A stretch of 33,111 nucleotides of DNA from a virus (taxonomy: Duplodnaviria > Caudoviricetes): IMG/VR virus record IMGVR_UViG_3300037478_000506, positions 1-33,111 of that record; one strand, given 5' to 3'. The stretch's first letter is position 1, and each line of letters begins with the position of its first letter. The translations under genes and the position numbers were made by a program. The notes under the pieces are model-generated. The model did no database searches. It saw nothing but the letters and a program-made list of their open reading frames with translations, and was not told the origin of the DNA. Positions 24,668-32,646 of the stretch are shown one piece after another.

Positions 24668-25033
24668 TTAGGGCGCCGCATCCGCCCCGGCGCGTTCCTT
24701 CCGCCGGCGGCGCTGTGTCTCGTCGGCGCGCTTCAGCGCCTCGGCCTGCATCTGCAGGAAGAGTGACGTGTGCGCCTGGCAGAACGCCCACCACTTCAGC
24801 ATCCGGTTGCGCACGCCGAGCTTCTGCACTTCGACGGTGTCGATGTGCTCGAAGAGGAAGCCGTCGCCGAAAATCTCATCCCACACGAACTGACGGCCTT
24901 CAGCGGTGGAGAGCTGCACGCGCCAGCGCGCCTTTTGCGCGCGGGCGTCATCACGCGCCGCGCGTCGGCCGACCGCGATTTGCTCCGGATCGGCGGCGTT
25001 GGTCTGGATCGGTTCGGGCCCGTTCATTGACAC
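24668..25033 (-). CDS. Bbp19-like protein between portal and scaffold
   Basis: LSTAEGRQFVW...GVRN motif and position. Confidence 0.7.
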   Translation of the reverse strand: MSMNGPEPIQTNAADPEQIAVGRRAARDDARAQKARWRVQLSTAEGRQFVWDEIFGDGFLFEHIDTVEVQKLGVRNRMLKWWAFCQAHTSLFLQMQAEALKRADETQRRRRKERAGADAAP

Positions 25034-25224
25034 ACCCGGGTTCGGTGCCGGCGCGCAATGGCGCGTTCCATCTCGGCGCGGATCGCCAGTTCACCACGTG
25101 ACCGCCACGCGTGCTCACGGTCATAGGCGGCCAGCCAGGCCGCCGGCGGCGGCGCGGCCGTGGCGCGCACGTAGTCCTCGAGCTGCGCGGCGGACGCGTG
25201 GCCGAGGACGCCGACGCCCGTCAC
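25024..25224 (-). CDS. Hypothetical protein, 66 aa
   Basis: GTGA overlap with the portal stop; fills the gap in the operon. Confidence 0.5.
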   Translation of the reverse strand: MTGVGVLGHASAAQLEDYVRATAAPPPAAWLAAYDREHAWRSRGELAIRAEMERAIARRHRTRVCQ

Positions 25225-26975
25225 GCGCCGGCCCCTGCCTGGCTCATCACGTCATCCAACGCGGTCGACTGCCCGCCCCGCGTCGGGGTGCGGCCGAGCG
25301 CCTGTGCCCCCTGGCTGAGCGTCTGCAGCTGATCGGCCTGGGCCGCGGCCGCCTCGGCTTCTTGCCGACCCTGGAGGCGCGCGAGCGCCTCTTCGTCGGT
25401 TCGCACGATGTTCGGGTCGATGCCCAGCTTGTCGCCGTACACATCGACGATCTGTTGGGCGTTGACCTTGTCGAGCGCCTCCGGGAAGGTCGGCGCCATG
25501 CCGACGACGGTGCTCACGAAGCGATCGAGCCCGGCCACGCCGGCGAGTTTCTGGGCCTGGCTCATGATGGACAGGTATTCAACCTTGAGCTCGAGCCCCT
25601 CCAGCTCCGGCGGCGGATCAGGAATCGCGCCCGCCGCCTCCAGGATGTCGAAGCCCCGGTCGATGAGCGGGTCGAGCAGCTCGTCGTTGAACCGTTCGGT
25701 GACGGGCCCGAGCACGACGAGCTTCTCCTGTTGGCGGACCCGCACTTCCTCGGCGGTGTACGGCTGTGTCGTGTCGCTCTGCGCGAGCATCAGAAACAGG
25801 TCGACGAAGAACAGGCGATCGATCCGCTCGCGCGTTTCGGCCATGTCCTGCACGAGCTCGCGAATGCCCTCGAGGCGCACTTCGTGGATCGGGCGGAGGC
25901 CGGTGTTCCGGTCCAGGGTGTCGCTGTAGGTGAGGTCCCCAGGGTTGAGCGAGACCTTTTGGTTCCGCAGGTTCGGGGGGCCGACCAAGGGCGGGTCGAT
26001 CACTTTGTCGATCGCCTTCGCCTTCTTCTTCTGCATGAACTGGAGCTGCTTGACGTCGCCCAGCGCGCCAATGCCCGGGCTCCAGGTCCCGTAGGTGTCC
26101 TGACCGGTGACGCCCCATCGGGGCACGAAGACCGGGAACCGCCGGAAGCCGCTCTCACGCAGGAAGCCGTCGCGCCCCTCGAAATCGTCCTCCGTCCGGC
26201 CCTTCTCGAAGTGGCACGACTTCCACTGCATTGCGTATCGCGCCTCGAGCCGGCGCGGGTCGTACTCGTCGTTCGGCGCCACGTACCACACGACATCGAC
26301 CGCCGTTTCGAGCTGCCCGTTGTCGTAGAGCGATTTGACGGTCTCGGAGAAGCGGCTCCAGTCGATCGGCCCCTGGGCCTCGATCGGCCGGCCGAACTCC
26401 TGGATCAACTGCCGGACCGTGCGCCGGTAGTGATAGACGAACGTCGTCGCCACGCCGCGCGCGTCCAGGCCGAAGGCGTAACTCCCGACCGGGTAGTTGT
26501 AGACGCGCAGCATGTCCTCGTCGTCCTCGAGCATCGACATGGCGCCCGTCGCGAAGATCCCCGTGTCGTGGTAGAGCACGGGCAAGCCGTTGTAGAGGTT
26601 CGACCGCAGGAAGACCGTATGGAGGCGCTGCGTCACGGTGTGCAGCCAGAGCTTGACCGGGCCGCGCTCCGCGAGCGCGGCGTCGCCCGTGGTGAGCCGG
26701 AACCAGGGTTTCGCCGGCGATGTCATCCCCCCATGGAGGCCCGACTCGAGGGTCTGGATCGCAAATAGCGGTTCCGAGTCGATGATGCTCCTCGACCGGC
26801 GATCGCCGCGGTTCCGGTCCGAGGTCGTGAACCGCGTCCGCACCGGCGTCATGTACTCACCCAGCTCCCGGTAGTGCTCGTCGAACGCCGCCCGCTCCAA
26901 GAGGAGGGCGGCGGCGATCGCCTCGTACTGCTGCCGGCGCGTCTGACCGCTGAGCGTGCCTGGCACATCCGCCAT
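25221..26975 (-). CDS. Portal (head-tail connector) protein, T7 gp8/Bbp21-like, 584 aa
   Basis: GMTSPAKPWFRL, SNLY, VPRW....DTYG..SPG..ALGDVKQLQ, TAEEVRVRQQEKLVVLGPVTER, LDPLIDR. Confidence 0.95.
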   Translation of the reverse strand: MADVPGTLSGQTRRQQYEAIAAALLLERAAFDEHYRELGEYMTPVRTRFTTSDRNRGDRRSRSIIDSEPLFAIQTLESGLHGGMTSPAKPWFRLTTGDAALAERGPVKLWLHTVTQRLHTVFLRSNLYNGLPVLYHDTGIFATGAMSMLEDDEDMLRVYNYPVGSYAFGLDARGVATTFVYHYRRTVRQLIQEFGRPIEAQGPIDWSRFSETVKSLYDNGQLETAVDVVWYVAPNDEYDPRRLEARYAMQWKSCHFEKGRTEDDFEGRDGFLRESGFRRFPVFVPRWGVTGQDTYGTWSPGIGALGDVKQLQFMQKKKAKAIDKVIDPPLVGPPNLRNQKVSLNPGDLTYSDTLDRNTGLRPIHEVRLEGIRELVQDMAETRERIDRLFFVDLFLMLAQSDTTQPYTAEEVRVRQQEKLVVLGPVTERFNDELLDPLIDRGFDILEAAGAIPDPPPELEGLELKVEYLSIMSQAQKLAGVAGLDRFVSTVVGMAPTFPEALDKVNAQQIVDVYGDKLGIDPNIVRTDEEALARLQGRQEAEAAAAQADQLQTLSQGAQALGRTPTRGGQSTALDDVMSQAGAGA

Positions 26976-27286
26976 TAGTAGCCACTCCCCTGCGGATCGA
27001 GAGGGGTGCCAGGCGCCAGGAGCGCGAGGTTGGCGCGGGTGCCATGGAACGGTCGCGCCGCCGCCGTCGGCGCCGGCGGCCGCGGGCGGAGGCGACGCCC
27101 GCGGCCAGGCCGCGCTGGCCGCGCGCGGGGCGTCTGACCCGTCCCCACGGCTCGAGCCCGCGCCAACAGGGGAGCCAGAAAGCCACGCGTCAGGGGCGAC
27201 GCGCTCGTGTCTGCCGCGGGCCGGCGTCGGCCGACCGGCGGCATGAGCGCGGCCCCACCCACGAGCGCGCCGCCCCCAAAGGCCAC
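26975..27286 (-). CDS. Small basic hypothetical protein preceding the portal, about 103 aa
   Basis: GTG 27286 overlaps the GNAT stop (TAGTG) and its TAA overlaps the portal ATG (TAATG). Low-complexity sequence, so the frame is not certain throughout. Confidence 0.45.
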   Translation of the reverse strand: MAFGGGALVGGAALMPPVGRRRPAADTSASPLTRGFLAPLLARARAVGTGQTPRARPARPGRGRRLRPRPPAPTAAARPFHGTRANLALLAPGTPLDPQGSGY

Positions 27287-27711
27287 TACGCGGCCCTCCG
27301 CTTTTCCCAGGTCGTCTCGAGCTCCCGGTAGCCGTAGCGCGCGTACAGGCGGCCGAGGCGTGTCCCGGCCGGCGCGATCATCTGCACGGCCCGCACGCCG
27401 TGATCGGCCGCCCAGGCTTCGAAGTGCGTCAGGAGCCGCAGGGCGGCCAGGCCGCCGCGCGCTTCCGGCTCGACCCACCAGGCGACCTCACTGGCGGTCG
27501 GCTCACCGGTGATCGGATGCGCGAACGCGTGGCCCGCCAGCATCCCGTGATCGCTCCGGACGACGTACGCGTGGCTGACCATGTGGGCGACGAAGGCCTC
27601 AAGCGCGTCGGCCGACGTCGGCCGCGTGGCGGCATACGGCCCTTCGGCGAGAAACCGCGCGCCCATCGCCACGAGCGCCGGCACGTCGTCGGCCGTGGCG
27701 CGACGAATCAT
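27286..27711 (-). CDS. GNAT-family acetyltransferase, 141 aa
   Basis: IRRATADDVPAL, WWVEPEARGG (motif A), LYARYGYR; ATGA coupling. Confidence 0.88.
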   Translation of the reverse strand: MIRRATADDVPALVAMGARFLAEGPYAATRPTSADALEAFVAHMVSHAYVVRSDHGMLAGHAFAHPITGEPTASEVAWWVEPEARGGLAALRLLTHFEAWAADHGVRAVQMIAPAGTRLGRLYARYGYRELETTWEKRRAA

Positions 27712-27947
27712 CGACCGGCCTCCCGCTCGGCGCGCGCCGCGACGGCCATCTCGCGCAGGGTTTTGTCGCGCGGCTTGAAGAGGCGCGCGCCAAAGAGGAG
27801 CCAGCCGATCCGGCCAAAGAAGCCGAGGCGCAGGAACGTCGAGAGCGCCGTCGTCAGCATCTGGAGCGCGTCCTGGTGCTGCTGCACGCCGCGCCGGACC
27901 TGCCGCTGCGACAGCGGCGCCCCGCTCGGCGAGACCAGGCCGCTCAT
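27708..27947 (-). CDS. Hypothetical protein with an amphipathic GFFGRIGWLLFG segment, 79 aa
   Basis: ATGA overlaps at both ends. Confidence 0.65.
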   Translation of the reverse strand: MSGLVSPSGAPLSQRQVRRGVQQHQDALQMLTTALSTFLRLGFFGRIGWLLFGARLFKPRDKTLREMAVAARAEREAGR

Positions 27948-28336
27948 CGGTTGCGCACCTGTGCGCCCTTCGAGGGCTTGATCGACGCAAACTTGACCGG
28001 GTCGCCGGTGTCCGTCGCGGTCTCGAGTGCCGCGGTCACGAGCTCGGCCTTGACACCCTTGGCGACCAGCTCGGCGACGAGTTTGGTTTGATCGAGCGAC
28101 CGATGCCCCTTGCGCTCGTTGTGGGTCACGTCGTATCCGTTACACGTGACCGCATCGCCCGTCGCGAGGCCAGCCTTGACCAGGAGCGCGTCGATCGCGG
28201 CGCGGCAGGCCTTCTCCGCGTCGATGTCGGCCTTCGTCACTTGGGCGACGACCTTCTCGAGCCGCCGCTGCCGCCGCACGAGCGGCGGTAGGCCCTCAAG
28301 CGCGGCGTAGGCCTGATACGTCCCGGTGTCGCTCAT
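27944..28336 (-). CDS. Hypothetical protein, 130 aa
   Basis: ATG 28336 overlaps the terminase stop (ATGA); GAGGG RBS; normal protein-like composition. Confidence 0.75.
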   Translation of the reverse strand: MSDTGTYQAYAALEGLPPLVRRQRRLEKVVAQVTKADIDAEKACRAAIDALLVKAGLATGDAVTCNGYDVTHNERKGHRSLDQTKLVAELVAKGVKAELVTAALETATDTGDPVKFASIKPSKGAQVRNR

Positions 28337-29868
28337 AGGTCCCTCGTGTACGGGTCGTAGTCGGTGATCGCGTGTCCGGCGGCGCCGCGGCCCAGATGCG
28401 CGAGCAGCTGCCCCGGCAGGTCCGGCAGCATGTAGGTCAGGGCTAAGCCGTCGCCCAGGTCTGGCGACCGACCGAGCCGCTTCTTGACCTGGTCTTTCCC
28501 CTCGAGCACGAACTGTCCGTCGTGAAACGTATAGGTGGGCGCGGTCAGCTCGGCGACGAGCTCGGGCACGTGCGGCAGCGCGGCCCCGGCTTTGATGGCC
28601 CTGGCCATCTCGATCCAGCCCTCCGCGCGGCGGTTCCGGTACCGCGGATCGACGGCGGCGCCGGCGAAGTTCACGGCGTGTGGCGTCTGCCCCGCCGTCA
28701 CCAGGTTGTCGACGACGCCGTTCCCCCAGGCGAACGAATTGTCGATGAGCTCGAGCTCGCTCCCCCACCGTTGCTTCGCCATCATCACGCGGGCGACGAT
28801 CTGGTTCGTGTTCGCGCCGCGCATGATGACCGGCTTGAAGGCCTGCAGGCCTTGGCGTGGGAAGAGCACCGTGCGGTCGTCGCCGAAGCGCGCGACGTCG
28901 ACGCCGATTCGCTTCTGCATGTGGCTATAGAGCGTGTGGTCGAGCGTGCGCGCCATCGCGGCGTGCACGTCCTCGATGCCGAGGAGCGCGTTGATGGACG
29001 CCGGCGGGAACTTGCCGAGGATGTAGGCCATCACCCACGGGTTGTCGCGCCCGTAGGTGGCGATTTGCGCGCGGGCCCAGTCCGCCGGCGACTGCTGGCC
29101 GGGCCCGGTGTTGGCGACCACGCGCGGGGCGTGCACCCAGGCCTTCGGATCGTCCGGGTCGCCGGTCACTCGAATCACATGCCAGAGATGCCGCAGCTTC
29201 GTCGCCGCCTCGTGCAGCATGCCGTCCAGGGCCGTCGGGTTACCGCCTTGCAAGATCTTGCCGAAGCTGGTGTTGCCGAGCGCCTGCTCGGCCGCCCGAA
29301 GCACCGTGGACGGGATACCGCCGCTCTCGTCGACCAACACGCACACGTTCCGGGAGTGCAGCCCCGAGAACGTGGCCCCCTGCACGTTCGCGTTGCCGGT
29401 CTTCGGCCACTTCCGCGGCGAGAAGAACCAGGTTTCCGGATGGTCGACGGCGAAGATGCGTTGCGCGGTCCAGCGGAAGGCGCGCTGCAGGTATGGCGAT
29501 CGCCCGTGCCACTTGGCGAACTCCGCCCAGAGGTTGTCGCGGAGGTTCTCACCGGTCACCGACGTGCACAGCCCCTTGGGGTGCTCGCCGGGGGTGCACT
29601 GCGTCCCGAGGAAATACCAGCCGCAGATCGCCTCGACCGCCGTCTTCCCGGGTCCGGCGCACGCCTGGAGGCTGATGCGCTGGATCTGGGGATTCGCGAA
29701 TGCGATAAGGGTTTCCTCTTGCCAGGGATCGGGAGAAAAGCCGAACTGCTCTTCGGCGAACCGACACGCGCCGTACGGGAGCTCCCGATACCGGGCGAGT
29801 TTCGCGGCCGCCAGGTGCGCGTCACCCACGACGCACACCAGGACGAGGGTGAGCAGGAGGCGTCTCAC
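28333..29868 (-). CDS. terL: Terminase large subunit, 511 aa
   Basis: PDPWQ adenine-binding motif, Walker A ACAGPGKT, Walker B VLVDES, GNP coupling motif, nuclease motifs IGVDVARFGDD and SPDLGD. Confidence 0.96.
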   Translation of the reverse strand: MRRLLLTLVLVCVVGDAHLAAAKLARYRELPYGACRFAEEQFGFSPDPWQEETLIAFANPQIQRISLQACAGPGKTAVEAICGWYFLGTQCTPGEHPKGLCTSVTGENLRDNLWAEFAKWHGRSPYLQRAFRWTAQRIFAVDHPETWFFSPRKWPKTGNANVQGATFSGLHSRNVCVLVDESGGIPSTVLRAAEQALGNTSFGKILQGGNPTALDGMLHEAATKLRHLWHVIRVTGDPDDPKAWVHAPRVVANTGPGQQSPADWARAQIATYGRDNPWVMAYILGKFPPASINALLGIEDVHAAMARTLDHTLYSHMQKRIGVDVARFGDDRTVLFPRQGLQAFKPVIMRGANTNQIVARVMMAKQRWGSELELIDNSFAWGNGVVDNLVTAGQTPHAVNFAGAAVDPRYRNRRAEGWIEMARAIKAGAALPHVPELVAELTAPTYTFHDGQFVLEGKDQVKKRLGRSPDLGDGLALTYMLPDLPGQLLAHLGRGAAGHAITDYDPYTRDL

Positions 29869-30173
29869 GGGTCACCGCCCTCTCCGTCCGGCGGCACCGT
29901 GCCGGCGACAATTTGCTCGAGCGTCACGCGCCCGGCGTGCGCCACATCGACCGGCGTGGTCGTCTTCCCGGCGGCGCGATCGAGGATGTGCATCAGCAAC
30001 TTGGTATCGATCTCGAGCGCGACGATCTGCGCGACGAGCCGCTTCCGGAAGGCCCGGCTCTTGAACGCCTGGCGCAACACGCCCTCGAAGAAGGCTTTGA
30101 CTTCGACGGTCGTCTTGTTCGGGGTCCCAGCCGCGCGGCCGCCCGTCTTCCGGCGCGTCGCCACAGCCAACAC
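29865..30173 (-). CDS. terS: Terminase small subunit (putative)
   Basis: KTGGRAAGTPNKTT motif; coupled to terL (GTGA). Start may be 30173 or 30164. Confidence 0.8.
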   Translation of the reverse strand: MLAVATRRKTGGRAAGTPNKTTVEVKAFFEGVLRQAFKSRAFRKRLVAQIVALEIDTKLLMHILDRAAGKTTTPVDVAHAGRVTLEQIVAGTVPPDGEGGDP

Positions 30174-30221
30174 GCTACGGCGCGGGCCGGCGGCGACGTG
30201 GTTACTAATGGCGGGGGTGGA

Positions 30222-30515
30222 CTAGACTAGAAAGTATGGGTTGGGAACGAACTCGGCCACGCGGCTGAGGACGCCGCGCGCCCGCTGATGGATGATGAAT
30301 CCGAGGGTCGACGTGGAGTGCCCCTCCGTCATCCACTCAACGATCATGAGTCCTATCTTCGAGCGCTTCGACCACGACGTACGAACGGCGTAGTCCACGC
30401 GCTGTCCCACGCGTGGGGCCCGATCAGGCACCCACAGCGTACCGACCTCGATCACGACACAGGACGCCGGCGACGCCAACATCACCGGGAGCCTGATGCC
30501 CGCGGACGCACTCAC
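30222..30515 (-). CDS. Hypothetical protein, about 97 aa
   Basis: GTG 30515 overlaps the upstream stop (GTGA). Confidence 0.45.
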   Translation of the reverse strand: MSASAGIRLPVMLASPASCVVIEVGTLWVPDRAPRVGQRVDYAVRTSWSKRSKIGLMIVEWMTEGHSTSTLGFIIHQRARGVLSRVAEFVPNPYFLV

Positions 30516-30766
30516 GCTCGACCCCGACCTGCCGGCGGCTCCCCCATCCGCGCCTCCCCGCCCCCGAGCTGGCAGAGCCCGACCGGGCACCGGACGGCCT
30601 GTGCGCGCGCGAGCTGCCCCAAGGCCCATTGCAGATTCGCCACGACAAACGGTGCGGCGGCCTTCCCTGCCTCGCTGCCGTCGGGCCCACCCTCGACCCC
30701 GCGCCAGTGCACCAGGCGCGCGCGAATCTCACGGACCGCCTGGTCGAGCTCGGTGGCCCTCGTCAC
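30512..30766 (-). CDS. Hypothetical protein, 84 aa
   Basis: Part of a chain of 4-nt overlapping small ORFs. Confidence 0.5.
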   Translation of the reverse strand: MTRATELDQAVREIRARLVHWRGVEGGPDGSEAGKAAAPFVVANLQWALGQLARAQAVRCPVGLCQLGGGEARMGEPPAGRGRA

Positions 30767-30954
30767 GTGTCCGTGATCCGTGCCCTGAACCCGATCGGGT
30801 GATACCAGTAGGAGCCGTCGTCCGCGGTGTCGTAGATCCGCACGCGCGGCTCCTCGTCGTCGACGACCGGCACCACCACCGGCGCCGGCTCGTCGTCACC
30901 GTCCGTCAGCACGCATGGTCTCGGCCGGCGTCGCTCGCTCCGCGTCATCATCAC
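30763..30954 (-). CDS. Hypothetical protein, 63 aa
   Basis: 4-nt overlaps on both sides; ends with HPIGFR. Confidence 0.5.
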   Translation of the reverse strand: MMMTRSERRRPRPCVLTDGDDEPAPVVVPVVDDEEPRVRIYDTADDGSYWYHPIGFRARITDT

Positions 30955-31193
30955 AGCGTCACCTGGTCCTCATCCACGCGCGCCGGCGGCGGCGGTGGTG
31001 TGCATCTCCGCCGGCAGTTGGCACACCACATCTCGACGCCGAGGAGTAACAGCGCCCGTCCTCGCTCGCGCGGCGCCGGCCTGGCGCGATCGAGCGCCAC
31101 CAGCGCCCCCACATCTAAGCAGGCGAGCTCGTCGTGATAGCAATGCGGACACAGGGGCCACCCGTCGAGCCGAAACCGCCAACACGACATCAC
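30951..31193 (-). CDS. Small Zn-finger protein (CPHC...CANC), 80 aa
   Basis: Two CxxC motifs; coupled to its neighbours. Confidence 0.6.
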   Translation of the reverse strand: MMSCWRFRLDGWPLCPHCYHDELACLDVGALVALDRARPAPRERGRALLLLGVEMWCANCRRRCTPPPPPARVDEDQVTL

Positions 31194-31536
31194 CGCCCGT
31201 GGTGTGCCTCGACAAACCCGCGAATCTTCCGGAGCGTCGCGAGCGTGACGCCTTCGTGCTTCAGCGCAAGGCCGTATTCTCGATCAAGCTCGAACCCGTG
31301 GACACCGGGTACGTCGAGGTCGCGTCAAGCACCCATCGCGCAACCTTGAACGTGATCTTGCCGTGACCGTTCTGCTGACAGTCGAGATAGGCATAGACGA
31401 GCGTCTGGCCCTCGCGCACGCCATCCGGCACCGGTAGAGAGCCGAGCAGCTTCTCCGGCTGACAACAGCACCGGACCTCCAGGCGGCCGTGATGCGAGGC
31501 CGCTCGCCGAACCGACACGACATCACCGCCCGTGGT
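31182..31536. repeat. 22-bp direct repeat ACACGACATCACCGCCCGTGGT at 31182-31203 and 31515-31536
   Basis: Exact match read from the sequence; both copies sit on stop/start junctions. Confidence 0.92.
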
Positions 31537-31539
31537 CAT
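31190..31539 (-). pseudogene. Small gene apparently split by a frameshift near 31320
   Basis: One frame encodes EVRCCCQPEKLLGSLP...WVLDA and stops at 31261. The -1 frame continues DLDVPGVHGFELDREYGLALKHEGVTLATLRKIRGFVEAHHGR* to a stop at 31190-31192 that is coupled to the next gene. Confidence 0.5.
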
Positions 31540-31894
31540 CCGCCCGCTCCACCCCCACATCCGCCAATGTGCGCCCGGTTCTCGCCAGCTCGCGGGCAAA
31601 TTGCTCGACGTCGAGCGACTCGACCGTCGGCCAGTCCTGCCCGCAGTCCGCACACTGCCGCCGCCGGCGATACTTCCCATCGTGGTGCGCCCGTTGCCAG
31701 GACCGATAGACCGCGGACGTGGACCCCCCACACCAGGGACACTCCGGCTTGAGCACGTCCGACGCGCGGCGCCGCATCTGTCGACGCTCTGCCTGCCCCG
31801 CAGGCGGCCCCGCGTCCTGGCCGCGGCGACGCTCCCGGCGGCGCTCGTCCGCGCGTCCTGAGGCGCCTGCGCCAGCCGAAAGGGGGTCGCTCAC
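31523..31894 (-). CDS. NrdR-type N-terminal zinc-ribbon protein with an Arg-rich leader, 123 aa
   Basis: CPWCG..S.V..S...YRRRRQCADCG..WPTVE matches the NrdR zinc ribbon; no ATP-cone domain follows. Confidence 0.75.
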   Translation of the reverse strand: MSDPLSAGAGASGRADERRRERRRGQDAGPPAGQAERRQMRRRASDVLKPECPWCGGSTSAVYRSWQRAHHDGKYRRRRQCADCGQDWPTVESLDVEQFARELARTGRTLADVGVERADDHGR

Positions 31895-32061
31895 CGCGGT
31901 CTACTTCGCTCTACTTTAGACACGCGTGCTGGGGCCAGGCCGGCCGCCGCGTGGCCAAGGACCAGCGCGTCCACCCCGGCCGCCAACCGCGCCCATTTGC
32001 GCTTGTCATACGGCGCGCCGTCCTTCGCCTCACCCCAGAGATGGTGGAGGAACGCCCGCAC
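31891..32061 (-). CDS. Small hypothetical protein missed by the ORF track (56 aa from GTG 32061; 73 aa if CTG 32112 is used)
   Basis: VRAFLHHLWGEAKDGAPYDKRKWARLAAGVDALVLG...*; its TGA overlaps the GTG of the next gene (GTGA). Confidence 0.55.
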   Translation of the reverse strand: MRAFLHHLWGEAKDGAPYDKRKWARLAAGVDALVLGHAAAGLAPARVSKVERSRPR

Positions 32062-32162
32062 GTCGTCGGGGGCGATCGGTGTATCCCGTGCGAAATCAAA
32101 CAGTTGCGGCAGGTGGCGGGCCCTCGCCTAGATTATCGACAGATCGGCCCCTGAATCGAGGA

Positions 32163-32211
32163 GTTTCCGCACCCCGGCGGGACGTATCCCGACGGCCCGG
32201 GGTGCGAAAAC
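32163..32211. other. Long nested hairpin in an intergenic region
   Basis: GTTT-c-CGCACCCCGG ... CCGGGGTGCG-a-AAAC outer stem enclosing an inner CGGGA-cgta-TCCCG stem. Confidence 0.6.
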
Positions 32212-32219
32212 GGTGGCGG

Positions 32220-32636
32220 CTAGACCTCGCCGTTCGGATCGGGTGGCGTGTCAGGTGGCGGATCTGGTGGAGGGTTACCACCGTCCTCCGCTGGCTCGCC
32301 GTTCGGATCGGGTGGCGTGTCAGGTGGCGGATCTGGTGGAGGGTTACCACCGTCCTCCGCTGGCGGATCCGCCGGCGGCGCGGCTGTCGGCACCTGATTC
32401 GCTTCGATCGCGGCCGCCCAGAGCTGCTGCTCCGCGTCCAGACTGTCCGCCAGGGCGTTGAGGGTGGCCGCATCACCCTGCGCGTCGCGAATCTGTTGCG
32501 CCAGGCCCCCCAACAGCGTGCGCGCGGACGCGTTGACGTTTTTCGTGTCTTCGACTTCCTGTTGCAATCGCTCGATCGCCTCTCTCATGTCAAACCCCTC
32601 CCCGTGAAGATGGATGTGCACGTGAATCGTCGGCAT
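32220..32636 (-). CDS. Coiled-coil protein with Pro/Asp-rich repeated tail (alternative start 32588)
   Basis: Helical LQQEVEDTKNVNASARTLLGGL...AAAIEAN core; GGGGAGGGG RBS before ATG 32588. Confidence 0.75.
   Translation of the reverse strand: MPTIHVHIHLHGEGFDMREAIERLQQEVEDTKNVNASARTLLGGLAQQIRDAQGDAATLNALADSLDAEQQLWAAAIEANQVPTAAPPADPPAEDGGNPPPDPPPDTPPDPNGEPAEDGGNPPPDPPPDTPPDPNGEV
32226..32364. repeat. Perfect 69-bp tandem duplication (23 aa PAEDGGNPPPDPPPDTPPDPNGE x2)
   Basis: Copies start at 32226 and 32295. Confidence 0.95.
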
Positions 32637-32646
32637 CACGGCCGCC

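Noticed and set aside
4731-30225. Many long plus-strand ORFs (e.g. 4731-6695, 6798-8483, 24906-26768, 28522-30225)
   Set aside because: Antisense shadows of real minus-strand genes in GC-rich DNA; they are Arg/Pro-biased with no recognisable motifs.
30175-30240. AT-richer patch upstream of terS (CTAGACTAG) as a late promoter or pac site
   Set aside because: Position is suggestive, but there is no convincing -35/-10 pair or repeat pattern to support a call.
32220-32364. CRISPR-like array
   Set aside because: A simple coding tandem duplication with no spacers; no repeat-spacer array was seen anywhere in the window.
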